Position numbers and translations under genes: made by a program
Origin: Monocercomonoides exilis PA203
Taxonomy: Eukaryota > Protista > Preaxostyla
DNA: 64,000 nucleotides
Reading direction: 5' to 3'
NCBI GenBank assembly: GCA_001643675.2
Contig: LSRY02000056.1
Span: 496,001-560,000 of the forward strand
In this document: piece by piece, positions 11,824 through 24,800 of the stretch
Position numbering within the stretch: the stretch's first letter is position 1
Layout of the letters: each line of letters opens with the position of its first letter
The notes under the pieces: model-generated
Database searches by the model: none
The model's input: the letters and a program-made list of their open reading frames with translations, nothing else
Told to the model about the DNA's origin: nothing

Positions 11824-13230
11824 ATGCCTTCAACATTACCGACTTTTTCTATATCTTCATTTGAAACAACATTAACAGGATTCATTCCAAAACTAGACCT
11901 CCACTTCATTTCATCCTTCTTGTCTCGAAAACCTTCAAAAACAAAATTTTCATTAATTCGTTCATTCTTCGACGCATGCAAAATAAGAAAAGCAAAAATA
12001 CCTTCAAACGTGCGTATTGCAAAGGCATTCAACTGCACACCGAGCCTTGTCTGCCAGATTCGAACTGGATATATAAGAAAAAAGGTGATTGAGAAAAAGA
12101 ACATGTTGATGACTCGAAAGCAAGAAAAACGAGTCATGGAAATACTGAAAAATTTGAGAGATAAAAGAAAGCAAATCACGCCGAAAACGCTAAGAGCCGT
12201 TGTTGCGAAAGTTTGTCATAAAACGCCTTCTCACAATTTTCATTCTTCATTCATAAAAAGGCATAGCGAGGAATTGATGATTGTTCCATCAAGCGTGAGA
12301 GACGAAAAAAGAATGAAAATTTCGGAACAAAGTCTTATAACCTGGAAAAATTACTTGACTCAATATGTGAATGGAAAATATTCTTCAATGATCTTTTGTG
12401 CTGATGAATCAGGTTATCATGCGCATGAAGATGCAAGAAAGGTGAACTTAATCGTTGGAACAAATGAAAATCTTGAAATGAATCACACGCCTGTTGACAG
12501 AGGAGAGAAAAGGATTTCATTGCTCCACTGCATTTCACTTGATGGAACTTTTGTTCCTCCTTGTTTTCTTGTACAAAAATCATTCAACATTAGATCCCTT
12601 CAATCTTTTGGCTATCAAATCGGAATTCATGGTTGTGTGAAAATCGGAAATTCGTCAAATTTCACAAAAGAGTTGTTTGAAAACTGGATTGAGAAAGTTT
12701 TCATTCCTCATGTCAACATTAAAAGAATGATTTTGCCAGATATACATGCACAAGCGGTGTTGATGCTTGATGGCTGCAGAATACACCTGTCGGACAACGT
12801 ATTGACTCGACTTGCTAATGAAAATATATTGCTTTTGGTTTTTCCTCCAAATACCACACATTTGTTGCAGTCATTGGATTTGTCAATTTTCTCTCTCTGG
12901 AAGCTTCAAATTCAACAGGTTAGGTCGGGTTCAACGCACGACAGCGTGGAACAACTTTTGTGGGTTGCAGTGAATGCTATTCTGCAAGTTTCTTCGTCGA
13001 TTAACATTTTTTCTGCTTTTAAAGAAAGTGGACTTGTGAATGATTTTCACAGAGCTCCTTCAACAGCGCAGATCTTCGAAGAAAGCTTCCAAAAAGTGAT
13101 TGAAATTGTCAAATTGGACAACAAGTCATTGCCACTGTCATGCACAAGACAAACAAGACAAACAAAAGGAGGAGAGTGGGGAATAATGAACATTGACAAG
13201 ATGCCAGTTTATTTTGGACTTCCGCAATAA
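11824..13230 (+). CDS. Intact pogo/Fot1-like DDE_1 transposase (DD35D) with N-terminal HTH and CENP-B-like domain
   Basis: IFCADESG, RISLLHCISLDG..PP, FENWIEKVFIP, VLMLDGCRIH and VFPPNTTHLLQSLDLSIF, with 35 residues between the second and third Asp. First ATG is at 11824 (ORF track starts at TTG 11803). Confidence 0.9.
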   Translation: MPSTLPTFSISSFETTLTGFIPKLDLHFISSFLSRKPSKTKFSLIRSFFDACKIRKAKIPSNVRIAKAFNCTPSLVCQIRTGYIRKKVIEKKNMLMTRKQEKRVMEILKNLRDKRKQITPKTLRAVVAKVCHKTPSHNFHSSFIKRHSEELMIVPSSVRDEKRMKISEQSLITWKNYLTQYVNGKYSSMIFCADESGYHAHEDARKVNLIVGTNENLEMNHTPVDRGEKRISLLHCISLDGTFVPPCFLVQKSFNIRSLQSFGYQIGIHGCVKIGNSSNFTKELFENWIEKVFIPHVNIKRMILPDIHAQAVLMLDGCRIHLSDNVLTRLANENILLLVFPPNTTHLLQSLDLSIFSLWKLQIQQVRSGSTHDSVEQLLWVAVNAILQVSSSINIFSAFKESGLVNDFHRAPSTAQIFEESFQKVIEIVKLDNKSLPLSCTRQTRQTKGGEWGIMNIDKMPVYFGLPQ

Positions 13231-14099
13231 ACAACACTTGGTGAACAATTGATATGTTTTAGAGTTTTTTTCATTCAAATTTCATGGAGCATTTCAAAAA
13301 AAAACATGATAAAATAAACGAAATATTCATCAAATCTTTGTTTTTTTTAATTTCAATAATACAAAAAGAATTAACAATTAACAAGAACAGTGAATATCTG
13401 ATGTCCTTTCAAGCATTTTATGCACGACATATTGATAAAATTTTTATTGCATATTTGCACGGAGTTCACAAAGTTGCACAAAATAATTTGTATTTTTCGA
13501 GTGGCTCATTCTTCGTTCAAATGTTGTTGAACATTAAAAAAATTTGATCATTTCCCACAAAAAGTCAAAAATTTGATTTTTTTCAAAATACGATGAAAAA
13601 TAAAAAATCCACTCTTGAAATGTATTTTTATGCTTTTGATTATCACAAAAAAGATTCAAAAAGTTTAGAAATTTTAAAATGATACCAAAATGAATAATTA
13701 GTGGGCAATAATCTCTCAAAGAATATTATCTAATAGCCTACGTACCAATAGGGAAAACAAAATGATGGAATGCACAACAAGATAAAAGTCAATTTTTATT
13801 AAAATGAGCAGTGAGCGCAATAGCAGCATTATACGCTTCGGAGATTGATTTATTCGTTTTATAATCATTTGATTCATGTGGTGTTAGCACTGAACGGTAA
13901 TTCCTTTATTATCATAGTCAGTATCTAATAATTATTATTCTTCTTATTGAATTTTTTTTAGAAGAAACCGTTCAATTCATTTCACGACACCCAGAAATAG
14001 CGAGCTTTCAAAATTGGTTGGCCTTTCGTATCCAAATTTGGATATGAAGATTGAACTTCAGATGAAGCTGCAATTTAATGCGAATTCCTTTTAAAAAAA

Positions 14100-16500
14100 A
14101 CTTTGCAGTCTTCGGCATTTGTCAGTCTTCTCCTCTCTTTGAATTTTCGTCCTCATCATTTTCTACAATTGGAGCAGCACACCTATCTGCTTCGCCATTC
14201 TGGTGGAGGAGAAACGAAGAGAAGAAAGCAACAGGGGATTAGCAGTTATCTTCAGTATTTTCATCAGCACCTACAATTGACCCTTCAGACGCCTCGGATG
14301 CGGCGATATCATACACTTTGACTGCAGTGATGAACAACATCGAGAGGCGGCTGGGGAGTTTGTAAATCATAAGAATTCGTTTCTGAAGGAGCTACAGGCC
14401 CTTCAAGGAATATGTTGTGGTGCTAAGGGCGGTGCTGCATGGGAGTGGTGTGTGCCTCCTATGAGGCTCTTTTGGTGATTCTTTCGGTTCCGCTGGTGGG
14501 GCCGCTTCCGTCGCTTGCCACATCGAAGGTGATCACGAAGTCGGGGAGCAAGCGGATCTTTGCAGCGGCAGATGTGAATGCGCTCCCGTCGATCTTCGAT
14601 CTGTTTGACCCGTCGCTGCAGATATAGCGATTGTCTCAGTTAAAATAGTTGGTGGTGAAGCTGGATGACGAAATGATGTGGTGAGGGGTTGCAGTGTGTG
14701 AAGTCTGGGAGATTGTGGAAAAAGGGCTGTCGACAGCGGGGGTGAGGAAGGAGGATGTTGTTCTGTCTCATGCAGCGATTGCGCGGCGGTTCTGGAGGAG
14801 CGCGAAAAGGCAGAGGAAGGAGGAGGAAATGAAGTGAAAGGTGGGTATCCGGCAGCGCACAGAGAGTTTGTGGAGAGAATCAAAGAGAACCAGGGGAAGC
14901 TAGAAGAAGCGATGGCTCTGCTGGTTGTGGAGGCGCTTGGGCTGAGTGGGCTGAGGTTTGTGAAGGTGGGGGCAGAAGCAGACGATCAGCATTCAATAGA
15001 AAGTGAATTGTGCAGTTCTTCTCCATCTGATGACATTCAACAGGAGAACAGGAGAGCAGAGGAAGAAGAAGCAGATAGGACTTTTTCTAATAACTTCAGA
15101 TAGAAATTCATATGGAGCGGGGAAAGATATAGAACAGGTGCAAATGTTTACGAATGGTTTGGTGATGAATGAGGAACAAGGGGGAAATGGCAGCTCGATT
15201 TCCTTAGAAAAGAAGGAAGGGCAGATTCTGGATGTTGAATTGCTGCATTTGAGGTTTTTGAGGATTGTAAACGAGAGTGGGTATGTGGCTGGCGGTACTT
15301 TCAGGTGACGATGACGGTGACGGGGGCGCTGGTGGAGCTGTGTGCGGAGCGGGAGCGGATTGTGGGGAAGCCGGTTGTGGAAGGGATGATACAGCCGGAC
15401 GGGACGATGAGCATCACGTTTATTGGGGAGAGGCTGCTTTAGAGGAGAGAGAAGAGAAGGGAAAGAGGTGGAAGTGGGTGTTTGATATCAGATGGAAAAT
15501 TATTGTATTTTTATACGGACAGGCAGAGAGACGATGGACGAGTTTGTTGCGATTGGGACTGTTGTGCCTCAGGAAAGTGATAAATTGATAGCGCTGCGGG
15601 ATGCGACGTATGCGATCGGGCAAGTGTGCCACGGGAAAGGGATGATTGGTGTGTTTTGTGTTTCGTATTGTGTTTGCGGACGAGTGGGAGTCACTGCGGA
15701 TGTGTGCGATGGATCTTTCGGTGGGTCCGCTGGCAGCATCGTCGGCGTTCAGGTGGATGTCGTATCTGCTGCATGGGGGCATCGAGACCGCGTCTGGAAA
15801 CTACCTCCTTCCGTGCAGCACAGCACAGCAATTTGCATGCGCCCGCGTTCTCTCTTCTGATTCTGTGCATTATGCATCTGCTCGGCCTCAGGGCTCTTCG
15901 AGCGGAGCACACAGATCTGCCTCTCCGCGCCAGGTGGCAGGTGTGCAGAGAGTGTCTCCTCTGCCGGCATCAGGCTCAGTTCTTGCCTCTGCACAGGCGT
16001 GTGCCTGTCTCTCTCCGGCTGCGGCACGATGCTTTGTGATTGTGCAGCCGTTCTACCAGCCGGAGCTGTCTCTTGTGCCGCACGGGCAGTTCTTTTAGAA
16101 CTGCCGTGAGCACAACATCACGTTTGACTTTGAGGGGAATTGCGGTGTTCTGTTCCAACTGGCCGGGCATCTCATTGCGGGGGTTGTGGAGTTTGTTGCG
16201 TGCGAGCGGTCGGAGGAGCTTGCAGCGCGGGCAGCAGCGCAAGCACTGGAGACGGTTGCTGTGCAGATGCTGCACTGTGCGTTTGTTTCTGCGCTGAGCT
16301 GGGAAGAGAAGAAAAGGATGGAAAAGAGAATGCATGGAGAGAATGCGGCTGTGGCAAGAGGGATGGCGCTGGGGAGGCTAGCTGGGCTTGGGGGTGGGAT
16401 TGTGAAAAGCGCGCGAGAGAAAGGAGACTCTGCAAAAGTTGGCTTTAATAACCGGTCGCGCATTGGCGCTGCAGTTCCTCTGAAAGATTCAGTTAGGTCA
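14100..16500. pseudogene. GC-richer mosaic of decayed coding fragments on both strands
   Basis: Composition resembles the host exons, but only short overlapping ORFs with internal stops are present and no domain is recognisable. Confidence 0.3.
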
Positions 16501-16699
16501 GCTTCAAGTTTGCTTTATTTTCTATCTGTCTTTCTATCTTTCATTCTTTCTTTTTCGATTCATTTACGGATTTTTTTTTTTTTTGAATAATTGTTTTGAT
16601 TCTGTTTATGTTTTATTTTTCAATCGAAATATCAATTAAAGGAATTCAAATTATATTTTTTATTTAGCAAATATATTAATGAATCAGAAAGAGATGCAT

Positions 16700-17760
16700 G
16701 TACATGGAGCATAAGAAGTTGAAATGAGCGAGGATGCAGTTGAATGCAAAAGTCAAAATGGAACAGTGGCATTGGAAGGCAACGAATTCAATGAGTGCTT
16801 GTGTGGCGATAGCTCGGAGAGAATAGTTTGTGACTTCTTGAAGAAAACTTTTCTTTGGATGGCCTTTGAAAGGATTGTGGATGCAGACAAAAAAGCACAG
16901 AGCAGTATCAATCTGAGGAACTGGGAATCTCTGAAGCTGTGCGGAAAGGAAAGAAAAAAGGAATATTACCGTAATTCATCAATGCCGGAGACAAATTGGC
17001 AATGTGCCATGATGTCCAATGGTTCGGATGGAATTTTGCTTTTTTTTCTGGATGCGTCAAGGATTATGCGCCAGTCGTTTTTAAGTTCTTGCAGCTGAAT
17101 TTCTCGATTTTTGGTGCGGTTCAGAGAATCTTTCTGGAGACAGCTGCTAGTATTTGGCATGTTGCATTAGTACAGATATTGGAGAGGAAGGCAGAAGTGA
17201 TGAAAATATTGTTGAAGTGCATGAAAGTTTTCATTTGCAGCATCGTACTGGATTTGGACATCCAACAGAAGGTCAGCCTGGAGTTGGACAAGCCTGCTGC
17301 GGGGTTGGTAGAAATAGCGTTTTAATGGGTATCAGTCAGGCTGGGTACGATATAGGGCGTTCAGTTGAAGTGTGAATTCATATTTGCTCATAATTTATTT
17401 GTTATATTTATTTATATTTAATTTTATTTTTTTAGTGGTATGTTCCGCCATCTTCTTTTTCACAGAAAAACATTTTTGAAGCAGGCCGTGATATTCTTTT
17501 GGAGTGCCAAATTCAATGTAGAATGAGATTCTTGAAAGCAAGTGCAAATGGACAACTAATTCTTGGATTCTGTTTAGAAGGATATGTGCTGCAAGAGGAA
17601 AAGATATAACACATCGAAAAATTATTCAAGTAATTTCAACTAATGATGCACATATGTTCACATATTGAATTTTCCACCGAATAACACTGATGGATCTTCA
17701 ACGAAGCACACTGAAGAATTTTTGCATTTGAACAAAATTAAGAAGACTAATATAAATAAT
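16700..17760 (-). pseudogene. Decayed gene of unknown family
   Basis: A long minus-strand frame (LQLNALYRTQPD*YPLKRYFYQPRSRLVQLQ...IQLQELKNDWRIILDASRK...GIDELR*) carries scattered stops and an AT-rich intron-like gap near 17380-17435. Confidence 0.35.
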
Positions 17761-19758
17761 CAGTAATTAACACTACAATTTTATTCATATGATCTTATAA
17801 TGGAGAGGGAAATGAGAGGAGGAGGAGGAGGGACGGAGGGGTTGGAATACTGATCGAGAGGCGAAAGAGGATAATTGTGAAGGTGAGTGCGGAGACTGTA
17901 AGGGAGCTTTGGGTTTGGATGAAGAAGACAGAGGATGTATATAGGACTTGTGATGGTGATGAAGACGAAAAGAAGAAGAGAAAGAAGAAATGTGAATGTT
18001 GATGACACTGCCGTTGAATTCGCTTGATCAGTTATTTGCATATTTTTCAACAAAGATAATCAGATCATTTCGATTTTCTGTATTTTTATTTCACAACGGG
18101 AAATAATCGCATTTTTTGTATTGCATGCACAAAAGCATCAAAAGAGAGAAGAAACAAACGTTTGATAGAAAATCCACAATTTTATTATTATGTTTTCGAC
18201 TCATCTCATTCAAAAAACATTTTGATCAAAATTGATGGATTATTGGCTTATAAAAAAATTGAGAACGCCAAATGCTCAAGAAGTCAAATGCAAAATAAAC
18301 AGTACATAATATTGAATGAACTTTTAAGTGTTGTAAATTTAATACTGAAAAAGCTGAACCAATGAAGATACAGAGCATGAGAATTTTAAAGAATTGAAAA
18401 GGAGAGTGAAATGGTGAGAAATGAAAAAGGAGTAATAAAAATATCGTTTTGAGCAAAACTCTTTGTGATAAAAAATTTACAGGTAGTCCTTATTAAATTG
18501 CAACATCAGAATCATAGTGTCTAATATTGCCAGTATTCAGAAAAGTTCAGATCTTTCTCTTTAATGAATCATTGGAAGTGTTTTTTCTTTAGTTAAAAAA
18601 CACATATATAATCTTTCTATTTCAATCCACAGTGTTTTAATTCTTTCTATCTTCCTTATTGTTATAAGTTTTTAAAATATTCCTTCTTCTTATCTTCATC
18701 CGCTTCTGTAAAGAGTTTTGTTGAAGAATATTTCTATCTTATCATTTTGCGATCAATCCGCGATGCAAATATTGTTGTTAATAGGATCAAATGCGAAAAA
18801 ACGTTTTGTTCTCATCGCTTCATCCACACAGCCTATTATTCTATGATGAAATTCTCTTTTATTTTATCACAATCCTCACGCAAAAAATTACAAAACAAAA
18901 TCCATAAATAAAAAACTGCTAAGATGATGAAACGTTAAAAATTAAATTCAATTTCTTTTAACTGGTTTTTAATTCCGAAATAACTGTTTTCATTGTTGAA
19001 TTTCAATTGCCAATGTCTATTTTATTGACATTTTCATTTCTTCGCAACAATTAAATAAATGCTTCGAGTATTTCATTGGTTTGTTGAATTTTATAATTAT
19101 CTAAAAGAATATAAGAAAAGAGAATAACAAATTTTTTTTAAGTCCCTTTATAGCACCAAAAAAGTTTTTTTCATAACTTATATGAAACGATCATTTTTCA
19201 AGATGATTATCTTAACCACATGTCATGTTAAAGTTATGTTTGTTCATTTTTTTGATGAAGTTTTTACAGAATCTTGGTTTTAAACATATTTCTCTTCATT
19301 TTTCAAAAAAATCATAAAAAAACTTCAATAATGAGTATTTTTTATTTTAAACTCAATATTATCTATTAAATACGTCGAAGGAACTTATGTCTCATGTTCA
19401 TTAGGCTTTTTTTTTTCAGTTGCAAATTTATTCGCTGAAAACGCTTGTTGTGCCGTATTTTCCCCCAATTAATTAATGAGCCACACACATTTCGATTAAT
19501 TAGTAGTTTTTTTGGTATTTTGAAAAATATTATCAACTGAATAAATACATTTGAATGCATAACCTGTTTCTAATGGGGGGGAAAATGGGGTGTTCAAAGC
19601 CTCCCGTTGAAATTCCATCAGTTTCAGGTTGGTTCCAATGAATTAAATTCAAAAAAATATTCATTAAATGTTCAAAAAAGAAAATTTCAATGAAAGTTGA
19701 AATTTATAAAAAAAAATTAAATAAATTAGCTAAATGATCATTATCCAAATAATAAAAA

Positions 19759-21348
19759 ATGAAAAAGGAAGTTGCAAGGAAAATTACTGCGGGACAGCTG
19801 AAGCTGCGGGAGGTGATGCAATCATTTTAACATCTGAAATTTCGGAATCCGCTAGAGCGAATGGCGCATAGAGTTAATGATGGAGCTGTGCGTATGGTGG
19901 ATGCAAACAACAGCAAAAAATTCAGCAAAATTCGAATCAAGCGTGCGGTGAAGGCTGTTCGGCAAGGCAGACTTGTTTCATAAATTGGGAGACCTGCTGT
20001 AGTCATTGGCGAAAAAGAGCAAACAGTGCTGGACGAAATTAAAAAAAAATCACTGTCTGGAGCAAGCTTCACCATCAAGAAAATGCGTGAACTGGTTTGC
20101 ATAAATATTCTTTGAAATGTATAAATTAATATTAATTTGATTGAAAATGTTGTTAATGATTAAACACCAGAGAACACGCCAGATGTTAAAGTTTTTGCGT
20201 CAGTTGCCAACGATTTCATCAAACGACATCCAGAGCTGAAGACATCAAAGCCGAAAATTGTTGATGCAAATAATCTTGCGGTGTCATGCCAACAAGTTCT
20301 GAATCCCTGGATTGATATGCTAAATGGATAACATCATTACAATAATAACGACAATGCACTTCTATTTAATGTGGATGAGTCATCACACAGAATCCAAGAT
20401 AGCTCCAATCTGTATGTTTTGCATCCATTAAATGCAAAACCCAGATACGCTAAATCTGCAGCGCGAATGGCGAATTCGACACTGATTGCGGCAGTTGCGG
20501 CTGGTTGCTTAACACTTCCTTCAGTGATTCTGTGCCCGAGTCTCAAACTTTCTGATGACTTGAAGCCTCTTCAATCTTCAAAACTCGAAATTCGGCAGAA
20601 CATATGCAAATGCATGGAATCTTCAACGTTCAGAAAATATGAGCTAACAATTCATCTCCCTTTCATCAAAGGAAAAAGACAACTCATGTCTCTTGACGAA
20701 TTTCATTGCTTGCTTTAAACTGACTCCATCATTTCTCATGCAAATTTGACAATCTGTCAAGAGTTAATAAAAAATGAAGACGAATTAATTGACGTCGATC
20801 ACAGCACACACATCTACCATCCACTGGACCTAGGGGTTTTTGGAGTTCTGAAGTCTGAAATGAGTTCACAGAACGAAGTACATTTATCATCATCTTTCAC
20901 TGTGAAGAAAACAGCTCTTGTTGAAGCTCACCAGCAATTTATACATTCGGTACTATCTCCTTCGGTCATCAAAAGAGCTTTCAAATGCAGCGGAGTGCTG
21001 AAAGACTCGTCTGGGCCAGTTCTGAAAAAGCTTCCTCAATCATCGACTTATCCTCTTCCTTCACATAAAAATCGATTTGACTTCTACGGTAAAGAAATAA
21101 CAGAAGAAAAGGTGCTAAATGAGTGGGATGATTATTTGAAAAAGAAAAGCGAAATGGAAAATGAAAAAGAAAACATTTCGGATGAAGAAAATGATGAATC
21201 AATGAATTTCACAAAAAAGCCGAAAAGACAGTTTAAAATACTTCAAGATGAGAACGACATTGATAAAGAATCATCTGATGAAATTGAAAGAGGAAAGGGA
21301 AAAAGAAAAGTCATACGCAAATTAGATTCGAGTTTTGTATTTTTTTGA
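19759..21348 (+). pseudogene. Inactivated pogo/DDE_1 transposase
   Basis: From ATG 19759 the frame has in-frame TAA stops and frameshifts. Motifs GRPAV, FIKRHPELK, LLFNVDES and HSTHIYHPLDLGVFGVLK, plus an acidic/basic tail. Intron-like GTTTGC segment begins at about 20095. Confidence 0.8.
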
Positions 21349-21876
21349 ATTTTTTATAAAATTTTTCATTTCGAAAAATTTGTGCACCAATTAAAAATCG
21401 GACTATTAAAAAATATGACTCTGTTGGTGCATTTTTATTTTTATTCCATAGATATTTGCTTTATGGTTGACTAAACTTCATGAAAAAAATGAAATGTTCC
21501 ACAAAATGTTGCAAACAAAACATCAATAATTTCAATAATAACATTGCGTTTTATCGTAAGATTGATTTTGAATAGTTATTTGTGGAGAAACAAAATCCAA
21601 TAAACGAAACCAAAATGGAATGAATAGAAGAAAGTTGTCAAGATTGAGTAAAATATTATGTGGTGTCTTTCACAAATGCTGAGTATAAAATGTTATGTTT
21701 CATAAAATAGGATTATTTGTTCTTTTGCAACGTATAGAATAAAACAATTTAATAGTTTATAAAAAATGACAATAATCATCATTTGATCCAAATAAATGTA
21801 TTATAAAAAAATAAATTTGATTCAATATTTCGCAATTATCGTTTTTTTGTGAATATAAGCACGACGAAACAACTTA

Positions 21877-24800
21877 ATGCTTTTATCATTGCTTATTCTA
21901 GTTGCAGGTTTTCGGAGAATCGTTGGTAAATTGGAAAAGGAGCCATTTACTGAAGATATCATTAATTCTTTCATTGATAAAAGTATTTGGCAATATGATG
22001 ATAATGACGCCATTGTAATGACTGATATGATGGCAAGCAAAAAAAGTTGTTTGCATCATTTGAAGCAGAATTTCGATGATTATTTTTTGTACAAAGACAC
22101 AAAAAATACTAGAAATTATGAAAATGTATTTTTTGGAAAGAAACTTGACAGGTGTGACGTTTTATTTCTTATTTTCCATGATCTATTAAACATTTTTGGT
22201 GCATATGCTATTCGAGTTTGCAATTTTCGCAGAAAAAAATTGAGTCACAGTTCATGAGCAGAATTGATTCACAAGTTGTCGCAAAGAATTCTTCGCTTTC
22301 TGTGGTTCTTGTACAGATTCGCTGCCCACAGAAATCTGCTGCATCTTTGAATTGCATTCCGCATTTGACTGTAATAGGGTCATTGCTGGAGATGAAGGAC
22401 TGCCAGGTGATACTTTCGTCGTGCGAGAATAATTCTCCATTTGCGTGCACCGGAGGCTCTTTGGGACTGTGCAATTTAACGCTGGGGATTGATGATCCAA
22501 AGCATTTTGTTGAATCTCTGGTCTGCCCAATTCCCTCTTCTTTATTACCCGGTGGGTCGATTTCCATTGGTTTCAGCTCTTTTGAATCGTTTTTCGTGGG
22601 ATCATCAGCTCCTTTTGTTGGCGGTGCATATTTTTCGGAAATCATAATTGAAGACTGCTTCTTCTGTAACATGTCTTCTGTCGCAATTCGAAAGAAGCCC
22701 CGCCTTTTTGAACTTGAACCAAATTCTAATTTTCTTGAAGGTTGTGAATTTACAGATTGCGAGCAGCCATTTTATGGAGTAATTGTTGGAGGATTGCCTG
22801 AAAAATCGTTTTTATTTCGAAATTCATCTTTTATCAAATCACGTGAAATTTTTACGAACCAAAATTATTCGGTTAGTGGAAAATCATTTTCCAATGACAA
22901 TATCACATTTGTTGATTGCAATTTTACAAAATGTTGTTCCGTTCATGGAGGCGCAATAACTGTGAGCGGAAACTCAAAGTTAAACGTGGCAAGCTGCAAC
23001 TTTGCTGAATGTTATGATACATTCAACCAAAACTATGGATATGGAGGGGCAATTTACTGCAGCGGAAGTGACTGTGAACTCAGAAGTTCAACTTTCAACA
23101 AATGTTCCGGAAAGGGTCAATCGTCAATTGGAGGAGCTTTGACACACGTTACATCAGGGTTTAGTACAATTATTAAATGTTCGTTTAACAGTTGTTCTGC
23201 TGCTTATGGAGGAGCAGTTGCTTGGTACATGGGAGGAAGTGGATCTGTTTATGATTCAGATTTCGAAGGAAGCAAAGCCACTTTGAAATATGCAGGAACC
23301 TTAATGATGATAAATGTGAAAACGACGATGAAGATATCCAATTGTTCTATTGCTGGGGGAACATCTCAATTAGGTGCAGGTGGAATTGACGCTGGAATGA
23401 ATGGATACTATGCATCATTCAGTTTTGCATATTGCCTGTTTCAGAGAAACTCGGTTAACTATGTATACCATGCTGCGGATGTTTTTTTTGGGAAATATTT
23501 CTCAGCAGCATCAGCACAAAATTCCCTTCAATTCTGCTTTTCATTATCAACTTTTAAGAATAGAGTTGTATTATGTAATGAATATGCAGAGGATTGTGGC
23601 TATGGTGCCCCATACAATCAATGGTTGCCTCATGCTTTGGAAAACATTTTTGTGAAAAATGCTGGAAGTGACAAAGTTGCTTGCGGAGGGATAGGAAATG
23701 AATGCAAGACTGTGAAATATGGAATAACAAGTTGGAACTATTATATGAATAATTCAGTGATTGTTGCGGGAGAGTTATTTGAGGAAGAAGCGCTTGACAT
23801 AGAATGGAAGAAGATCAGAGTCAGCGGCTCTGAAGATGGTTCAACGATACTGAAATGTCTATATTCGTCGACAAAAGAAGGATGGATCAATATTGGAAAT
23901 GGCACGCTTGAACTGAGCAAAGCATCAGTGGTGTGTGTGAGCAATCGTTCGGCAGCAATTGTTGGAAAGGATGGTTCACTTGTGCTGGAGCAGTGTTCAA
24001 TTGCAAAGGATTCTGAATGCCAAAATCCATCGATGCGATCACTTCTGAAAATCGAAGGGGGGTTTTTGGGAATCAAATCTACGAACATCACAGGATTTAC
24101 ATTTTCAGAAGGATGCGCAGTGGAAGTTATTGATGGAAAAGTCGTGAGATTTGAGGGAACAAATTTTTCATCAGTTACAAGTGAAGCGAACGGTGGATGT
24201 GTGAGTGTTGTGTGGGAGAAGGAAATGAACGGTCAATGTGAAGTGTATTTTGTTGATTGTAATTTTACTGAATGCAGCACAAATGGCACTGACACTTGTG
24301 GTGGGGCGCTGTATGTGCGTTTGCAAGAAAGAGGTGGGCTGATTATGAACCAAACAGCGTTTTGTGGGTGCATGGCAGGAGTTGAAGAAGAGAAGAAAGG
24401 GAAAGGAGGAGGAATATTTGTTGATTGCAGAAAAACAGATTCATTTGTATTTTCCGATTTGAAATTTGAGAGCTGTGACGCATTTGCAGGGAAAAACATG
24501 TTTATGTTTTCGAATGATTTGAATCAGTCTGTTTGTGCAGATCGTTTTGTATTTGACGTTCGAGAAACAGAAAAGGAGAAGAATTTATTTGTTGGGAATG
24601 ACACAACCAAAACAGACTTCGATTTGAGACGATTTTTGATTTTTTATGACAATGAAACGATTTATGTGAGCAGCAGTGGATGGGATGTTCTTCGGTGTGG
24701 CAGCGAAGAAGAGCCGTGCATGAACTTGTATTATGGCAAAATGCATTTCCCATCCAAACAGGAGGTTCCAGATGGTGAGACGAGAACATTTCAGATTATT

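Noticed and set aside
19759-21348. TAA/TAG reassigned to Gln (as in some oxymonads and hexamitids), which could rescue the broken ORFs
   Set aside because: Conserved genes here end at TAA/TAG (calreticulin-like, kinesin, PITP) and have no internal TAR codons; the broken ORFs also have frameshifts and TGA stops.
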